DNA of 63,941 nucleotides, counting the filler, from Welwitschia mirabilis (taxonomy: Eukaryota), in NCBI GenBank assembly GCA_051453625.1. It is 7 parts of one record of this genome, joined end to end, with 100 filler letters (N's around TTAATTAATTAA, not from the genome) between each part and the next. Parts side by side here need not be neighbours in the genome. Positions count along the whole stretch, not along the records: positions 21,118 to 25,369 come from JBOZIK010000001.1; positions 25,470 to 34,332 come from JBOZIK010000001.1; positions 34,433 to 46,715 come from JBOZIK010000001.1; 4 more parts are not named here. One strand, given 5' to 3'. Below, piece after piece: positions 25,020 through 37,700 of the stretch. The notes beneath the pieces were generated by a model. The model searched no databases. It was given only the letters and a program-made list of their open reading frames with translations, and was not told the DNA's origin. Position numbers and translations under genes: made by a program. The stretch's first letter is position 1. Each line of letters opens with the position of its first letter.

Positions 25020-25325
25020 TTCAAAGACCCCTTTGCAAATTCAAAACCCCTTTGAAATTTGAAAGCCCTTTTAAAAAATTTCCCTAAAAATTTGAAGACC
25101 CGTTCAAAAATTTGAAACCCTTAGAAAATTCAATGACTCCTTAAAAAATTCACCACCCCTTTGAAAATTTGAAAGCCCTTTTGAAAATTTCTTTGAAAAT
25201 TCGAAGAACCCTTTGAAAATTTGAAACCCCTTTAAAAATTAGAAGATCCCTTTGAAAATTTAAAGCCCCTTCTAAAATTTGAAAGCCATTTTAAAAATTC
25301 TCTAAAAATTTGAAGACCCCTTTGA
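25020..25325. repeat. Degenerate tandem array of about 20-bp units (aaaatttgaa(g)acccctttg)
   Basis: More than a dozen imperfect units visible, in a Tat/Ogre-like LTR or leader context (24860-25369). Confidence 0.85.
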
Positions 25326-25469
25326 GCTCTCCATCTTTTTATTTCAAATAAATGTCTTATTTCAAAGAANNNNNNNNNNNNNNNNNNNNNNNNNNNNNNN
25401 NNNNNNNNNNNNNTTAATTAATTAANNNNNNNNNNNNNNNNNNNNNNNNNNNNNNNNNNNNNNNNNNNN

Positions 25470-25602
25470 AGACTTTCCTTAAATAAAATATATTATGATA
25501 AGCTCTATGATATTAAGGTTACAACATCAAACATTAATACACATTTTTATCTAGATTTCCTACATAAATCTACATAAATAATCTTAATCCCAGGACCTAT
25601 CA
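25470..25602 (+). mobile_element. LTR 3' end, second copy of 21311-21440
   Basis: Collinear match ending ggacctatCA. Confidence 0.75.
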
Positions 25603-26911
25603 ATCACACATTATTGGAAGAGTAGATTGGTCATTAAGGAAGCAGGAAAGTTATGTCTGAAAAGGTAAAAAGTCATTTATGGCTTCATAAAAGAATAGAG
25701 GAAAAGACATATTTCAAAAAATAGAGGAGATGAATAGAAGGGAAGTAGGAAAAAAAGGGAAAAGGAGGAATTGCATTTCATCACAACATGGAATGTAGGA
25801 AAGACCACATTAGAAACCATTCATCAAAGGTGAAAGCATCAATTTAAGAAAGACGCAAAGTAAGGAAGAAAAGCAAAGAACATAGAAAAATGATGCAAGA
25901 ATAAGTTCAAAAGAAAGGAATGATTTAGGCATTTTAGGCAAAAGTACTAACATAAAAGCTCTAAACCTGTAATTCCCGGTTTTATACTTCCTTTGATTTC
26001 TTTCTTATGTTGTTCACTTAGTGATTTTGTGAATACCATTTGACAGAAATTGTAGTTGCATGTTTTATTTAGAAAAATTTCAATTGTAATTTCAAATTCT
26101 AATTATTATTCATTCTTAGGCTTTTTAAATTCTTAAAATTATTTGCCTCTTTCCCTGTTTCCAAATTTGATCACTTAAAATTTGCTAGAATTCTTACATT
26201 TCAATTAGAAATGTTACCATGTTTAAATCTTGCCTTTATTCTAATGAATTATATTATATTCATTAGAACTCATAAGAAATAATTGTAATACCTAAATAAA
26301 GTTTTTAAAAAAATGAAAATGTTTTATATTGATTTGGATAAATGTGATTAAAATGATATTGAAACCTTATTAAGTTTAATCTTGTCTTAATTGTCAAGAG
26401 TTATTTTTATAATCACATCCTCCCCTCTCAAAAAATTAATACTTCAAATAATTTATGTTTTAGAGTCTTTAGAAAAATCCAAGTAATTTTACAACCTTAT
26501 CTAAACCTTAATACATCAAATTATTTAGTCATTGTTACAACTAACTATTAGTACTTTTTTTTTTTAAATTCCTCCATAAATGTTTACTTTGGTTTCATAC
26601 AAAAATAAGAAAATAAAATAAAATTTATCTCTTTTCATATGTTTTATTCTTTTATAGATGCCTAAGATCTATTAAAATATAATTAAAGAAAGAAGTAAGC
26701 CTCAACGCCTAATAGCACCATTCATTTTTTCCTCATTAATTTAGTATAGAAATGCTACATAAATTATTGTGCTAGAATATGTTATTAATAATAAATCTTC
26801 CTCTTCATTTATTTATTTATTTATTTTGTTTTATATCTTTGTAATTAACAAAATTGTTTCTAAAATTTACATTATTCCTTTTAGTCTGCACCATGAACAA
26901 TGTTTTTTTAA

Positions 26912-27540
26912 TTTTTTTTTTTGGAAATAAATGATAATTTTATTAAATTAGAGAATTTACATAAGTGGGTGAAAACACCCTGACTTGAAGGGAAAAAGTA
27001 ATCTGATTGGCAAAAAGGAGACTATTTTGCTGTAGTCATGGGAACATACTATATACAAGGTAAAATTGAAGGCGATAGCACCCCTGAGGACTGCGATTAA
27101 GTAAGAGCTAGTAAAAACTAAAACTAAACTAAGGAAAACTAAAAAAGATAAGGGATTAGTATTCCTTGGAATTGGGAAAGAGGTTGTCATAATGGTGCTT
27201 AAGTAAAAATTGTCCCATATCATCTACTAACACTTCAAACACCTGATTAACCTTCTTAAACTCCTTAGCTTCTACTCTGTTCTTGTTTGGATGCAATATC
27301 AATGTCTTCTTCTGATAACTCAACTTAATGGATTACAATTAAGATTTATGTGACATCCCTAGAGATAAAAAAGGGCGTCTTTTCAAACCATGGATTATAG
27401 CAAGTAAGACTTCCTTTTTTGCAAGGTCCATATTAATGTCTTCATGAGGCTCTTGATGTCTCTCTTCCAAGGAAGAATCCAAAGGGGAATTTGACTCCTG
27501 TTTGTGACTGAGCTCCCTTTGGTTTGGGAGAATGATGTTT
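26912..27540 (-). mobile_element. Probable L1-like LINE 3' remnant
   Basis: The minus strand ends in a T-rich UTR, AATAAA and an oligo-A tail at about 26912-26922. Decayed coding-like sequence lies upstream. Confidence 0.4.
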
Positions 27541-29107
27541 AATTAATTCTTTTCAATAGTGAATAGTTTTTATAAATATTATTTTTCAATTTAATAAAAA
27601 TCAAAGGAAAGAGTTATTTTCCCATTTCAAATGCTCCCATTTCGATATTATTGAATGTCAACTGCATTACTACAAATGATTGTTGCATTGTTCAATAAAA
27701 AATTCTAGAGATAAGCATCTTTTACATTACCTATTTTAATTATTATGCATATAACATTATTCCTAATATCATGTTGACTTACATCAATTTAATGTTGAAA
27801 AAAGATAAATTTAGATTTATGGAATCTGGTCAAAACAATTTTAATACTAGAAGGAGGGTGAATTTATCTATCCTTGTTAATACGGAATTTTATATATCTG
27901 TAGGTACATGATATAGATCTTTCTGATTTTTTAATGAAACGTACAAGAAAGTTATACAATAAGATCTTTCTACTCTTTCATTAGATCAAATTCATTTGAT
28001 CCTTAAACATAAGTAATTTTTGGAATCTTTTTTGGATAATCTAAGTTTAAGAGCAAGATGACTAGTTGCTGAAAAAATTGGTTTAGACCTAAATATAATG
28101 GCAAGTCANNNNNNNNNNNNNNNNNNNNNNNNNNNNNNNNNNNNNNNNNNNNNNNNNNNNNNNNNNNNNNNNNNNNNNNNNNNNNNNNNNNNNNNNNNNN
28201 NNNNNNNNNNNNNNNNNNNNNNNNNNNNNNNNNNNNNNNNNNNNNNNNNNNNNNNNNNNNNNNNNNNNNNNNNNNNNNNNNNNNNNNNNNNNNNNNNNNN
28301 NNNNNNNNNNNNNNNNNNNNNNNNNNNNNNNNNNNNNNNNNNNNNNNNNNNNNNNNNNNNNNNNNNNNNNNNNNNNNNNNNNNNNNNNNNNNNNNNNNNN
28401 NNNNNNNNNNNNNNNNNNNNNNNNNNNNNNNNNNNNNNNNNNNNNNNNNNNNNNNNNNNNNNNNNNNNNNNNNNNNNNNNNNNNNNNNNNNNNNNNNNNN
28501 NNNNNNNNNNNNNNNNNNNNNNNNNNNNNNNNNNNNNNNNNNNNNNNNNNNNNNNNNNNNNNNNNNNNNNNNNNNNNNNNNNNNNNNNNNNNNNNNNNNN
28601 NNNNNNNNNNNNNNNNNNNNNNNNNNNNNNNNNNNNNNNNNNNNNNNNNNNNNNNNNNNNNNNNNNNNNNNNNNNNNNNNNNNNNNNNNNNNNNNNNNNN
28701 NNNNNNNNNNNNNNNNNNNNNNNNNNNNNNNNNNNNNNNNNNNNNNNNNNNNNNNNNNNNNNNNNNNNNNNNNNNNNNNNNNNNNNNNNNNNNNNNNNNN
28801 NNNNNNNNNNNNNNNNNNNNNNNNNNNNNNNNNNNNNNNNNNNNNNNNNNNNNNNNNNNNNNNNNNNNNNNNNNNNNNNNNNNNNNNNNNNNNNNNNNNN
28901 NNNNNNNNNNNNNNNNNNNNNNNNNNNNNNNNNNNNNNNNNNNNNNNNNNNNNNNNNNNNNNNNNNNNNNNNNNNNNNNNNNNNNNNNNNNNNNNNNNNN
29001 NNNNNNNNNNNNNNNNNNNNNNNNNNNNNNNNNNNNNNNNNNNNNNNNNNNNNNNNNNNNNNNNNNNNNNNNNNNNNNNNNNNNNNNNNNNNNNNNNNNN
29101 NNNNNNN

Positions 29108-32100
29108 GTTTAGATGCAATTCTGAGGATTTTGGAGAATTAATGGAAGATCTTAGAAATGTGCAATTCTTAGTAATATTTGAGGTACATTTTGATACACA
29201 TGGCTTTCGAAGGAAGATTACTGATGGAAAAGACTAGCTTCTCCTCAGTTGGATGATTAGAAAACTTTCCTCCCCGCTATCATTCCCACGATAGCCAAGA
29301 CGATGATACTATTCATGCCATATATGATGCTGACATGGATGCTGAGCTGGCACTGTTGAGTCATGTTTTATAAAGATCCATCATACTTTTGATGATCTGG
29401 ATGACAGTTAGGATGACAGTTGTAACTGCCAGCTAACTTTTATCTATTTCTTCCATTTCTTTTCTATAATGAAGCATGTTTTGTAGCATCTTTTGTGAGT
29501 TGGTTTTAGTTTGTAATCCTATAAATAAGACCCCCCTTCAACTCTCCTCTCAATCTTTTATGCATTGGAAATTATTGTAACATGAGATCAAAGGGAGGGA
29601 GATTCATCTCGAGAGTTATAAAAAGACATTCCCTTGGTGAAGGGCTATGCATCCTTCATTGAGGCCTGATTGTTTTGTAACCCAGATGTTAGTTTCTTTT
29701 AATATAAAACTCTATTTTTATTTATGCATAGTAGTTTATCAGATTTCTCTTATAGTTTATGTTGATCTTAATCTGATGAAAATTTCATTAGTGATATAGA
29801 TCTTAAAGGTAGCCTTTGTTAAGGTTAAAAGAAAGTAGTTTAGATTTATTTTGCATTGCATTTAGATTTAGTTGCATTTGCATTTGCATTGCATATTTAT
29901 TTCCTACATTGTTCTTAAATTTCAGTTACATATTCTTGTAAAAATCAATCCTTATTTTCCTCTCATAAGTCTTCAATGAGATATGACATTTGGATCACTC
30001 CCATTCATGCTAGAGTGCGCATGCAAAAATACGCACCACAACATCTTTGTGTCGTGGTTAGGAAAGGCTACTAATGAGTATAAGTATTGTTATCATTTAG
30101 GTGAGTACATTGAATTTCTGTTCAGTTATTTATCCATAGTGATGTTGTATTTTAATTAGGAATTATAGGTTTTTTATTTATAGTTTTTCAGTTTTGGTTT
30201 TAGTAGTAAAATAACCATCATCCCCTCTGTCATCCCCATGACATGCAGGTCNNNNNNNNNNNNNNNNNNNNNNNNNNNNNNNNNNNNNNNNNNNNNNNNN
30301 NNNNNNNNNNNNNNNNNNNNNNNNNNNNNNNNNNNNNNNNNNNNNNNNNNNGGTTTTAGTAGTAAAATAACCATCATCCCCTCTATCATCCCCATGACAT
30401 GCAGGTCGATAATCTGTGATTTTAGTTTTTGTTTTCGGATTTCGATTTTCTAGTAGCATAGTGATAATCAGTCTTTATTGTCTCCTTTGTCATCTAGACG
30501 ACAAGAAGGATAACAGTTTATGTATTTTTTCAACTTTCGATTTCTATTCTACTATACTTCTGTTTTCTACTTTCTGTGTGTGCTGTCGTCTTTATCATTT
30601 TCATGATAGATAGGATGATTTTTTTATTTCATTTTTTACTATCTTCTATTACAAGATGCTATGATATGGTTGGTCTAGGAAAGAACGATCAAAGAGAAAG
30701 GTTGTTGATAGAGGCAAACATTAGAGAAGGACTGGGAAACTTTAAAATCAAATTGGAAAAACAATTTCCAGGTGCATACAATATCCCGTATGATTTTTTT
30801 TTTGTTGAATCAGATCCTACTAAATAAAATCTTGTAGAAGAAAATTTAGAAGGAGAAAATCAGTTTACAATGTTGAATGTTGTCCAAAAACAAAAGCAAG
30901 TTGTAAGGTCTTCAACTCCTAGTCCTAATGCAAACTTTACTCTGAGGGAATCACTAGCAAATAAGAAATGAGAAATTCAAACTCCTTTCGATTTACCACT
31001 AGGAGATGATGTTGAGTTAAAGAACCTAAATGCCTATTTAATCTTCAGTAGTGAATATGATGAGAATCCTCTCCTACACATTGCAGACATAGAACAATTA
31101 ATTCTTGCCTTCAGAAATGGAAAAAGGAGGATTAGTGATAGAAAATGTATGGTAATCTTTCCCATGAAATTGAAGGGAAGAGCTAAAAATTGGATAAAAA
31201 CTATACCCCATAAAACTTTAAAATCTTGGGATCAAGTCCAGAAAGCCTTCATCAAAAGATTCATAAGTGAAGAAACCATTAGAAAAAGGAAAAATGAAGT
31301 AATAAACTTTCAATAATAACCAAATAAGGATTATGTTTTCACATATAAACAGTTCTTTATAGCAATCCACTCTAATCTAATAGATGCTTTCACATGAGAA
31401 GAACTAGTTAACTACTTTTATAGTGAAATAAACCACCATACAAAACAACTTGTAGATTTTTCTTGTGGTGGACACCTTATGAACCTTACATTACAAACCA
31501 CTTGGAAAACATTAGAAGAAATTGTGGAAATAAGCCAAAATTGGCCAACATTAAAGCAAAACCACACTGTAGAATAACTCATTAAAGATTTGAAAGAGAT
31601 TAAATAAGAAAAGAAGGTAAAATACAACCCTATAAATCTAATTAGGGAATTTACAACAACTTTGAAGAAGTATACTGAAATGATCTTAGATGCTAAATTA
31701 GCAACTAAGGAAAATGTTATGCTAACATGTGACTTGTGAAAGGACAATTATCACATTACCAAGAATTATCAACTATTGCCAACATACAAAAATAAAATAT
31801 GTGAAGAAGTTTATACTTTCAATCAAACATTTCTAAACTTTAAAAATCAAAATCAGACACAACCTAGGTTGAATACATATTTTCAAAATAATTTTAAACC
31901 TTTTAAAAACTAATTGGAAAATTCAAGCTTTCAACCGAGTCCATCAGATGATTCTCTTTAAAACTCTATTGTTAACCTTATGAAATTACAAGAGAAACAA
32001 AATTCCAACACTGAAAACTTAGTAAACATCCTTCAATAAACCATGTTGGCAAAGCAAAGACCACAAGGACCCTTGGGAATACAACATCTCCCAAATCTTA

Positions 32101-34332
32101 ATGAAGTAAGACGAGACTATAAGGTTGTAACAAGAAGTGGACATAAAGTAAACCCTCCTCCTTATAAAGCATCAACATCCCAAAATAACACTCAAGAGGA
32201 TTAGGAAGAAGAATACATTGAAATATTACAAGATTATAACTTCCCTTCTTTTAGTAAAAATTTAAAGAAAAAAAAATCTTTACAAAAGCAACTAGCTACC
32301 CCTTGGCTTGATAAGCTTAATGCTAATTCAAATTTCAATGAACATCTTAAAGCCTTCATGGAAAATGTAGGCATAAACTTACCCTTCTGGAAACTTTTAT
32401 AACAAAATCCGAGGTACTTAAATCTATGGAAAGACTTAACAAGAATAAAATAGAAATGAGTTATTCCTAGTAAACTCTTTATAGTACAATCCCTCATGAA
32501 TTTAGTGTTACAAAAATCTTCCAAATTTAAAGATCCAGGGGCAGCAATGATGAATGTCATACTAGAGGGAAACAAAAAGATCAGGAGAGCCTTAATTGAC
32601 ATTGAAGTGAGTGTTAATATCATGCCATTACACATTTGCAAGAGACTTGGTTTAGAAGGCAGAATAGAGCCTACTCAAAGTCTCTTAGAATTAGCAGACA
32701 CTTCAGTTAAGAAACCATTAGGGGTCATCAAATATTTAGTGATCTAAATTGAAGAAGCTTTCTAGCCAATAGATGTAATTGTCATAGAAGTTGAACATAA
32801 TGGAGGATATCCATTACTTCTAGGATGATACTTATGTGCAACAGCCCTCTACATTATTGATATAGAGGACCAAAATGATGAAGTGTCGTCTAGGAAATAA
32901 AACATTTATAATTAGAGTTTTTGACATAGCTAAGAAAGTTCTAGGTGATGAAATGGATATAGAAAGTCAAATTAAATCAACTTTATTTCTTTAACATCAT
33001 TCCACTGAAGAAATAGGGTAGACATTACCTGAGCCTATACTTTATGTTGATCCACTTAAGATTAAAAATTTAGAAGCCATTGATACATCTATCTTTAAGC
33101 ATGAATTTTTAGATAAAATAAAAAAGAAATAAAACCTTTAGATTGTAAGAAGTCCATTTTTAAATGAAAACTCACACCTTGATTGAGATTGTCCACTACA
33201 TGAGCTAAGAACTAAAAATTTTAGTGAATTGAAACATATTTTTCTTTGTGATGATGCTATAATCAATGAAAATATTTTATCTAAACAAGAGTCAACATTA
33301 ATCTCCCCTTTGAATTCCAAAAGTCATGCTTTCATGTGGTTTTATAGAGATTTACTTACTATCCCTCTTTTCCTTCAATTAATTCTATTCAAAATAATTG
33401 TATACCTTTTATGCTTTATCAATTGGTGAACATTTGTTTGGGCCTTATTTTCTCTGAAAGAATGCAATATCCTTAGACCATTAAAATAAATCCTTCCCTT
33501 TTTCTTTCTTTTTAATAAAAGTGTTAGATAGATTTTAAGATTTAAATAAATTTTTTTTTTGCTTTAGTATTCCCTTTTTGCTCTTATGTTTTTTATGATT
33601 TTGATCTATGGTTAGATCCTTATTTTTTATTTGAGAAAGTACATTCTAATGGCTTTGTTGAGATTTCTAACTTAACCACTAAACAAATTCAGAAAGTTAA
33701 TGGGAAAAGTTGCAGATATATAAGTAATGTTGTGAATTTTCTCTTAGCTTTTTTCTTTGGAGGTCATTATGACGTTACTTGACCATCTTTTAAATATGAC
33801 TTATGTATTTATTTCCATGACTAGTCTTTGACTTGGGTATTCTATAGTAATAAGATTGGATTCACCCAATATTAAGACATTCACATGTCTATAAACTTTA
33901 GTTTAAAGGAAAATTCTTTATTTTTTATGTTTTTCTCAATGATGAAAAGGTCTTAGATTTTTTAAGCGTGTTCTTTTCTATTTCTATCTTATGACTTCAC
34001 TTTTGTCTTTGAAGTGTTTGGTCATGTGAAATGTTTTCATTTGTTCTAATTAAAAAAAAGAAAGAAAAAAAAAGTGAAATAAGACCATGATGTTTTATAT
34101 TTGAGATAGTTCAAAAACATGGTCACCATTATGTCCTACTGCAAGTACATCAGGGTAAATTTTTCCGAGAGGATCATTTGACAGTGTAATATGGTAGCTG
34201 TGGGAACTTCACTGGGGGTCAGTTAGCTATGCTTTATGAGTTCTTACTTCTCTGACTGTGGTTGCACTCCCCTCATCATGGATAATAAAATAATAATAAA
34301 AACTTAGAGGCTAAAGGATAAGTGGTGTTTGT
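29108..34332 (+). mobile_element. Athila-like Ty3/gypsy element: LTR (to 30043), PBS, decayed gag and protease, no RT/RH/IN
   Basis: LTR ends acaaCA, followed by degenerate PBS tttgtgtcgtggtt. Gag motifs ENPLLHI, FPMKLKGRAKNWI, SWDQVQKAFIKRF and LVDFSCGGHLM. Protease KFKDPG...ALIDIEVSVNIMP...LELAD. Confidence 0.85.
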
Positions 34333-34432
34333 NNNNNNNNNNNNNNNNNNNNNNNNNNNNNNNNNNNNNNNNNNNNTTAATTAATTAANNNNNNNNNNNN
34401 NNNNNNNNNNNNNNNNNNNNNNNNNNNNNNNN

Positions 34433-34779
34433 CGACTGTCAGCTTCTCAAATCTAGTCGACCCCATGAATATCTGGTTGACCCCATTCCTCTCAATTTGG
34501 AACTATTGGTTCTTAAGATCATAGGTCTGATCGACCCCTTATTAATCCGGTCGATCCCTCTGGGTTCAGTTCATTTTTGTTGTGTCTACTTCAGGTGCGA
34601 TCGACCCCTCTAGTATCCGGTCAACTCCCACTGGAGGTAAATAATTTAGCAGTTCCTTTCATGCATTTGGTCCACATCTTTCACCTGCATAACTCAAACT
34701 CATCTGCACACAATATCTAACAAATTTACACTACACTAGAGGAATTAGTTTGATATCAATTGGCAAATATAATCTAACA
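34433..34779 (-). mobile_element. Sirevirus-like LTR fragment with gtcgacccc repeats
   Basis: About 7 g(t/a)tcgaccc motifs, ending ...atctaaCA. Confidence 0.55.
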
Positions 34780-37700
34780 ATTAAAGAAGGAAGCAATTCA
34801 ATTAACTTAGATTAAACTAAAAGATTTTAATTCACTAAAATAAAAGGGTTATGATGAAATGTCAAGAATTAGGGGTTATCACACTAAAAATTATTTTAAA
34901 TTAAAACATATTATCCAGGACATTATTGAAAATAATAGAGATATCAAATGTGGTACAATCCTAACTCGTGCAAATGAATAACTAGAAATTTACAAAAATC
35001 CTTTCCCTTCTTAGCCTTCCATATCAGAATCACATAGAATGCAATTATTCAAAATGATGATGTCCCTTATCTATTTTTAGTAACCCAAGATCATCCTCTA
35101 AATCACATAAGAAAATAAATAAAAAATAGAGCTATTGGTGAAAGGGAAATATCCTCAAGCTTTTCCTACTTCTTGACCTAATTTCCAACTATAATCATAT
35201 GCATATAAAGTAAAGAAAACATATCATTACCTTTCTTCTTTTATTGAAAACTCTAATAAGCTTTTGAAAGATTATGTAATAAAAGGTTAACCTTGGAATT
35301 ACCTTTAAAATAAGAGTCTACCCAACAAGAAGATCAAGGAGTAATCCAATTCAACTTAAACAAATTTCCAGAACTTTTTAAAAGATCATGGTAACTGAAA
35401 TGCCTTTTATAACAGTAAACATTAGATCCCCCAAGATGGCTAGGGCTTTCTTAATTGTAGGGATAAGTTGAATGTAATTAGTTCATCTTTTCTTGATAAG
35501 ATTAACATGTGACACTTATTAGATTTAAGAAAGAGTGTAATGATTAAAGACTTTATTGATCAAAAAGATAAATCAAAAGGAACAATCTCTTTACTAGTTG
35601 AAGTGGTTTAAAAATTCAATGTAATCAATGATGTGGTAGCCTTCAACTTGTTGCTAGAATGTCATTATATTATGGACATGAGGATAATCATTTATTTACC
35701 TCATTAAAGACTAAAACTTATTAGATCAAAGATAGCATTGCGAGTAGAAAGAAATCACATAGTGAAAAATGTAAAGACATCTTTCCCATCATCCATCCTA
35801 ATACTGGAAAAATGAATCATTCCATTTTTAAACTTTGAACATGACTGAGTAAACCCTTATAAAATGAAGGTCTCAAAAATTCCTAATACGCAACTCTTAG
35901 ATTTAGGATGGGTTCAATTCCTTTCGGATGAATTCCCTATTAGCATGTAATCTTTTTATTTCATATTAATTTATTTTTTAAAAAAGAAAAAAAAGAATAA
36001 AATAAAACAAAAAAGGAACAAGATGAAAATTGTATCTTGAACACTTTATGTTTTTCTTTCAATCCTTTTTATCATAGTAGTCCATTATACCCATTTGCAT
36101 TTATTTTTCATTTGAAATCTTAATCACTGATTCTTATCTTGGTATTTGTCTTTATAAGGCCTTATGATGGAGAGTTTGTTAAATTCATCCTTACACATTA
36201 ATTGTACTAGTCAATCTATTAAAAATTACATTGATTTTAACTAATGTGCTATCGAATCCATGTATTGGAACTCATGCAATAATGAACAACTAGATTCAAC
36301 ATGGATAATAAGACATCTAGGGTAACCAGGTAATAAAGCAACTAACAACAAGTAAAAAAACTCTCCACACACATATGGATTGGGGCATACACACTCGCTC
36401 AGGCTTTGATGTACATTAGAATAGTGGATACTAATTTTCCTAGGGTGTTATCAATTATTATATTATGGTTGTGGCTCCTATGCCAGTTGTAATCAAAGAG
36501 TATTGATTGATTTATTTATAATTATATTTCATAGATACACTAAATGGCTCTTCATGTAATAAAAGGTGTTCTCTAACATATGGAATTATGTGGTGTTAGT
36601 AGCTAATTGACTCCTCTGATTACTATGAGACTTACAAACTTCAGCTCCTAGGGTCATTATTGGGAGTGATGCTATGANNNNNNNNNNTAACTATAGAAAA
36701 TCCTTGGAAACATCATAGATTTTCTTGAAAGAAGAGCAGATAAATAAAAATATAGAAGCATATGAAATAATAAAATCTTAAAATATGAAATCATGCTTAG
36801 TAAAATAACAAGATGTCAAAACATTGATTTTCTAATAAATCCTAATGATCAAGAAAAGTTACTAAAAACCAATCAACATTTACTACAATAAGTCAAATCT
36901 AAACTTGAAGGTATTTTATCATCTAACAATGATATTTTCACCTGGCATTACAAGAATATACCAGGTATCAATAAATCAATTACCATGCATAACATCATTT
37001 TAAAAAAAAATTTAATCTAAGTAAAATAAAAAGTTAGAAAGATTAACCCTTAATTTACATTGACGGTCAAATAAGATATTAAATACCTTTTAAATACTAG
37101 TTTCATCTGACTGGTAGATTATTCAGATTGGTTGTAAAACATGGTAGTTGTTCTAAAGAAAAAGGGAAAAATTAGAATTTCTATTAATTATCTCAATTTA
37201 AACAAGCTAACTCCAACAAATGATTATCCTTTATCAGACATTGACATCCTAGTTAATAACACTATTGATTAGGACTTATTATCCTTTATGGAAGGTTATT
37301 CAAGTATTTATTAACATCAAGGATTAATATAAGACAATCTTTATTACAGCTTTGGGACTTTTTAATTATGTCATGATTTCTTGTAGATTAAACAATGCTG
37401 GTGTAACATTCCAGTAAGTAATGACTTACATATTTCATAACATGATTCATCGAAATATAGACGACTACATGGATGATGTCATGGTTAAATAAAAAGTAGT
37501 TGCAGATTATCATAGTAACTTGAAATAACTTTTCAAACAAGCAAAGTGATAAAATTTACAACTAACCCCAAAGAAATGTATTTTTATCATGCTATCAAGA
37601 AAAATCTTAGGTTTCATGGTGTCAAAACGAGGAATAGAAATCGATCTGGATAAGATCAAAGCAATCATTGATATGTCATTTCCTTGTACTCTAAAAGAAA

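Noticed and set aside
28098..29237. Long ORFs made mostly of X (also 47728-48201, 49819-50124 and 57901-58413)
   Set aside because: They are artefacts of translating N-runs.
30195..30407. Direct repeats flanking gaps (also 47530-47787 vs 48133-48390, and 57901-57930 vs 58294-58324)
   Set aside because: They abut gaps and may be unmerged contig overlaps or haplotype variants, so they cannot be trusted as real duplications.
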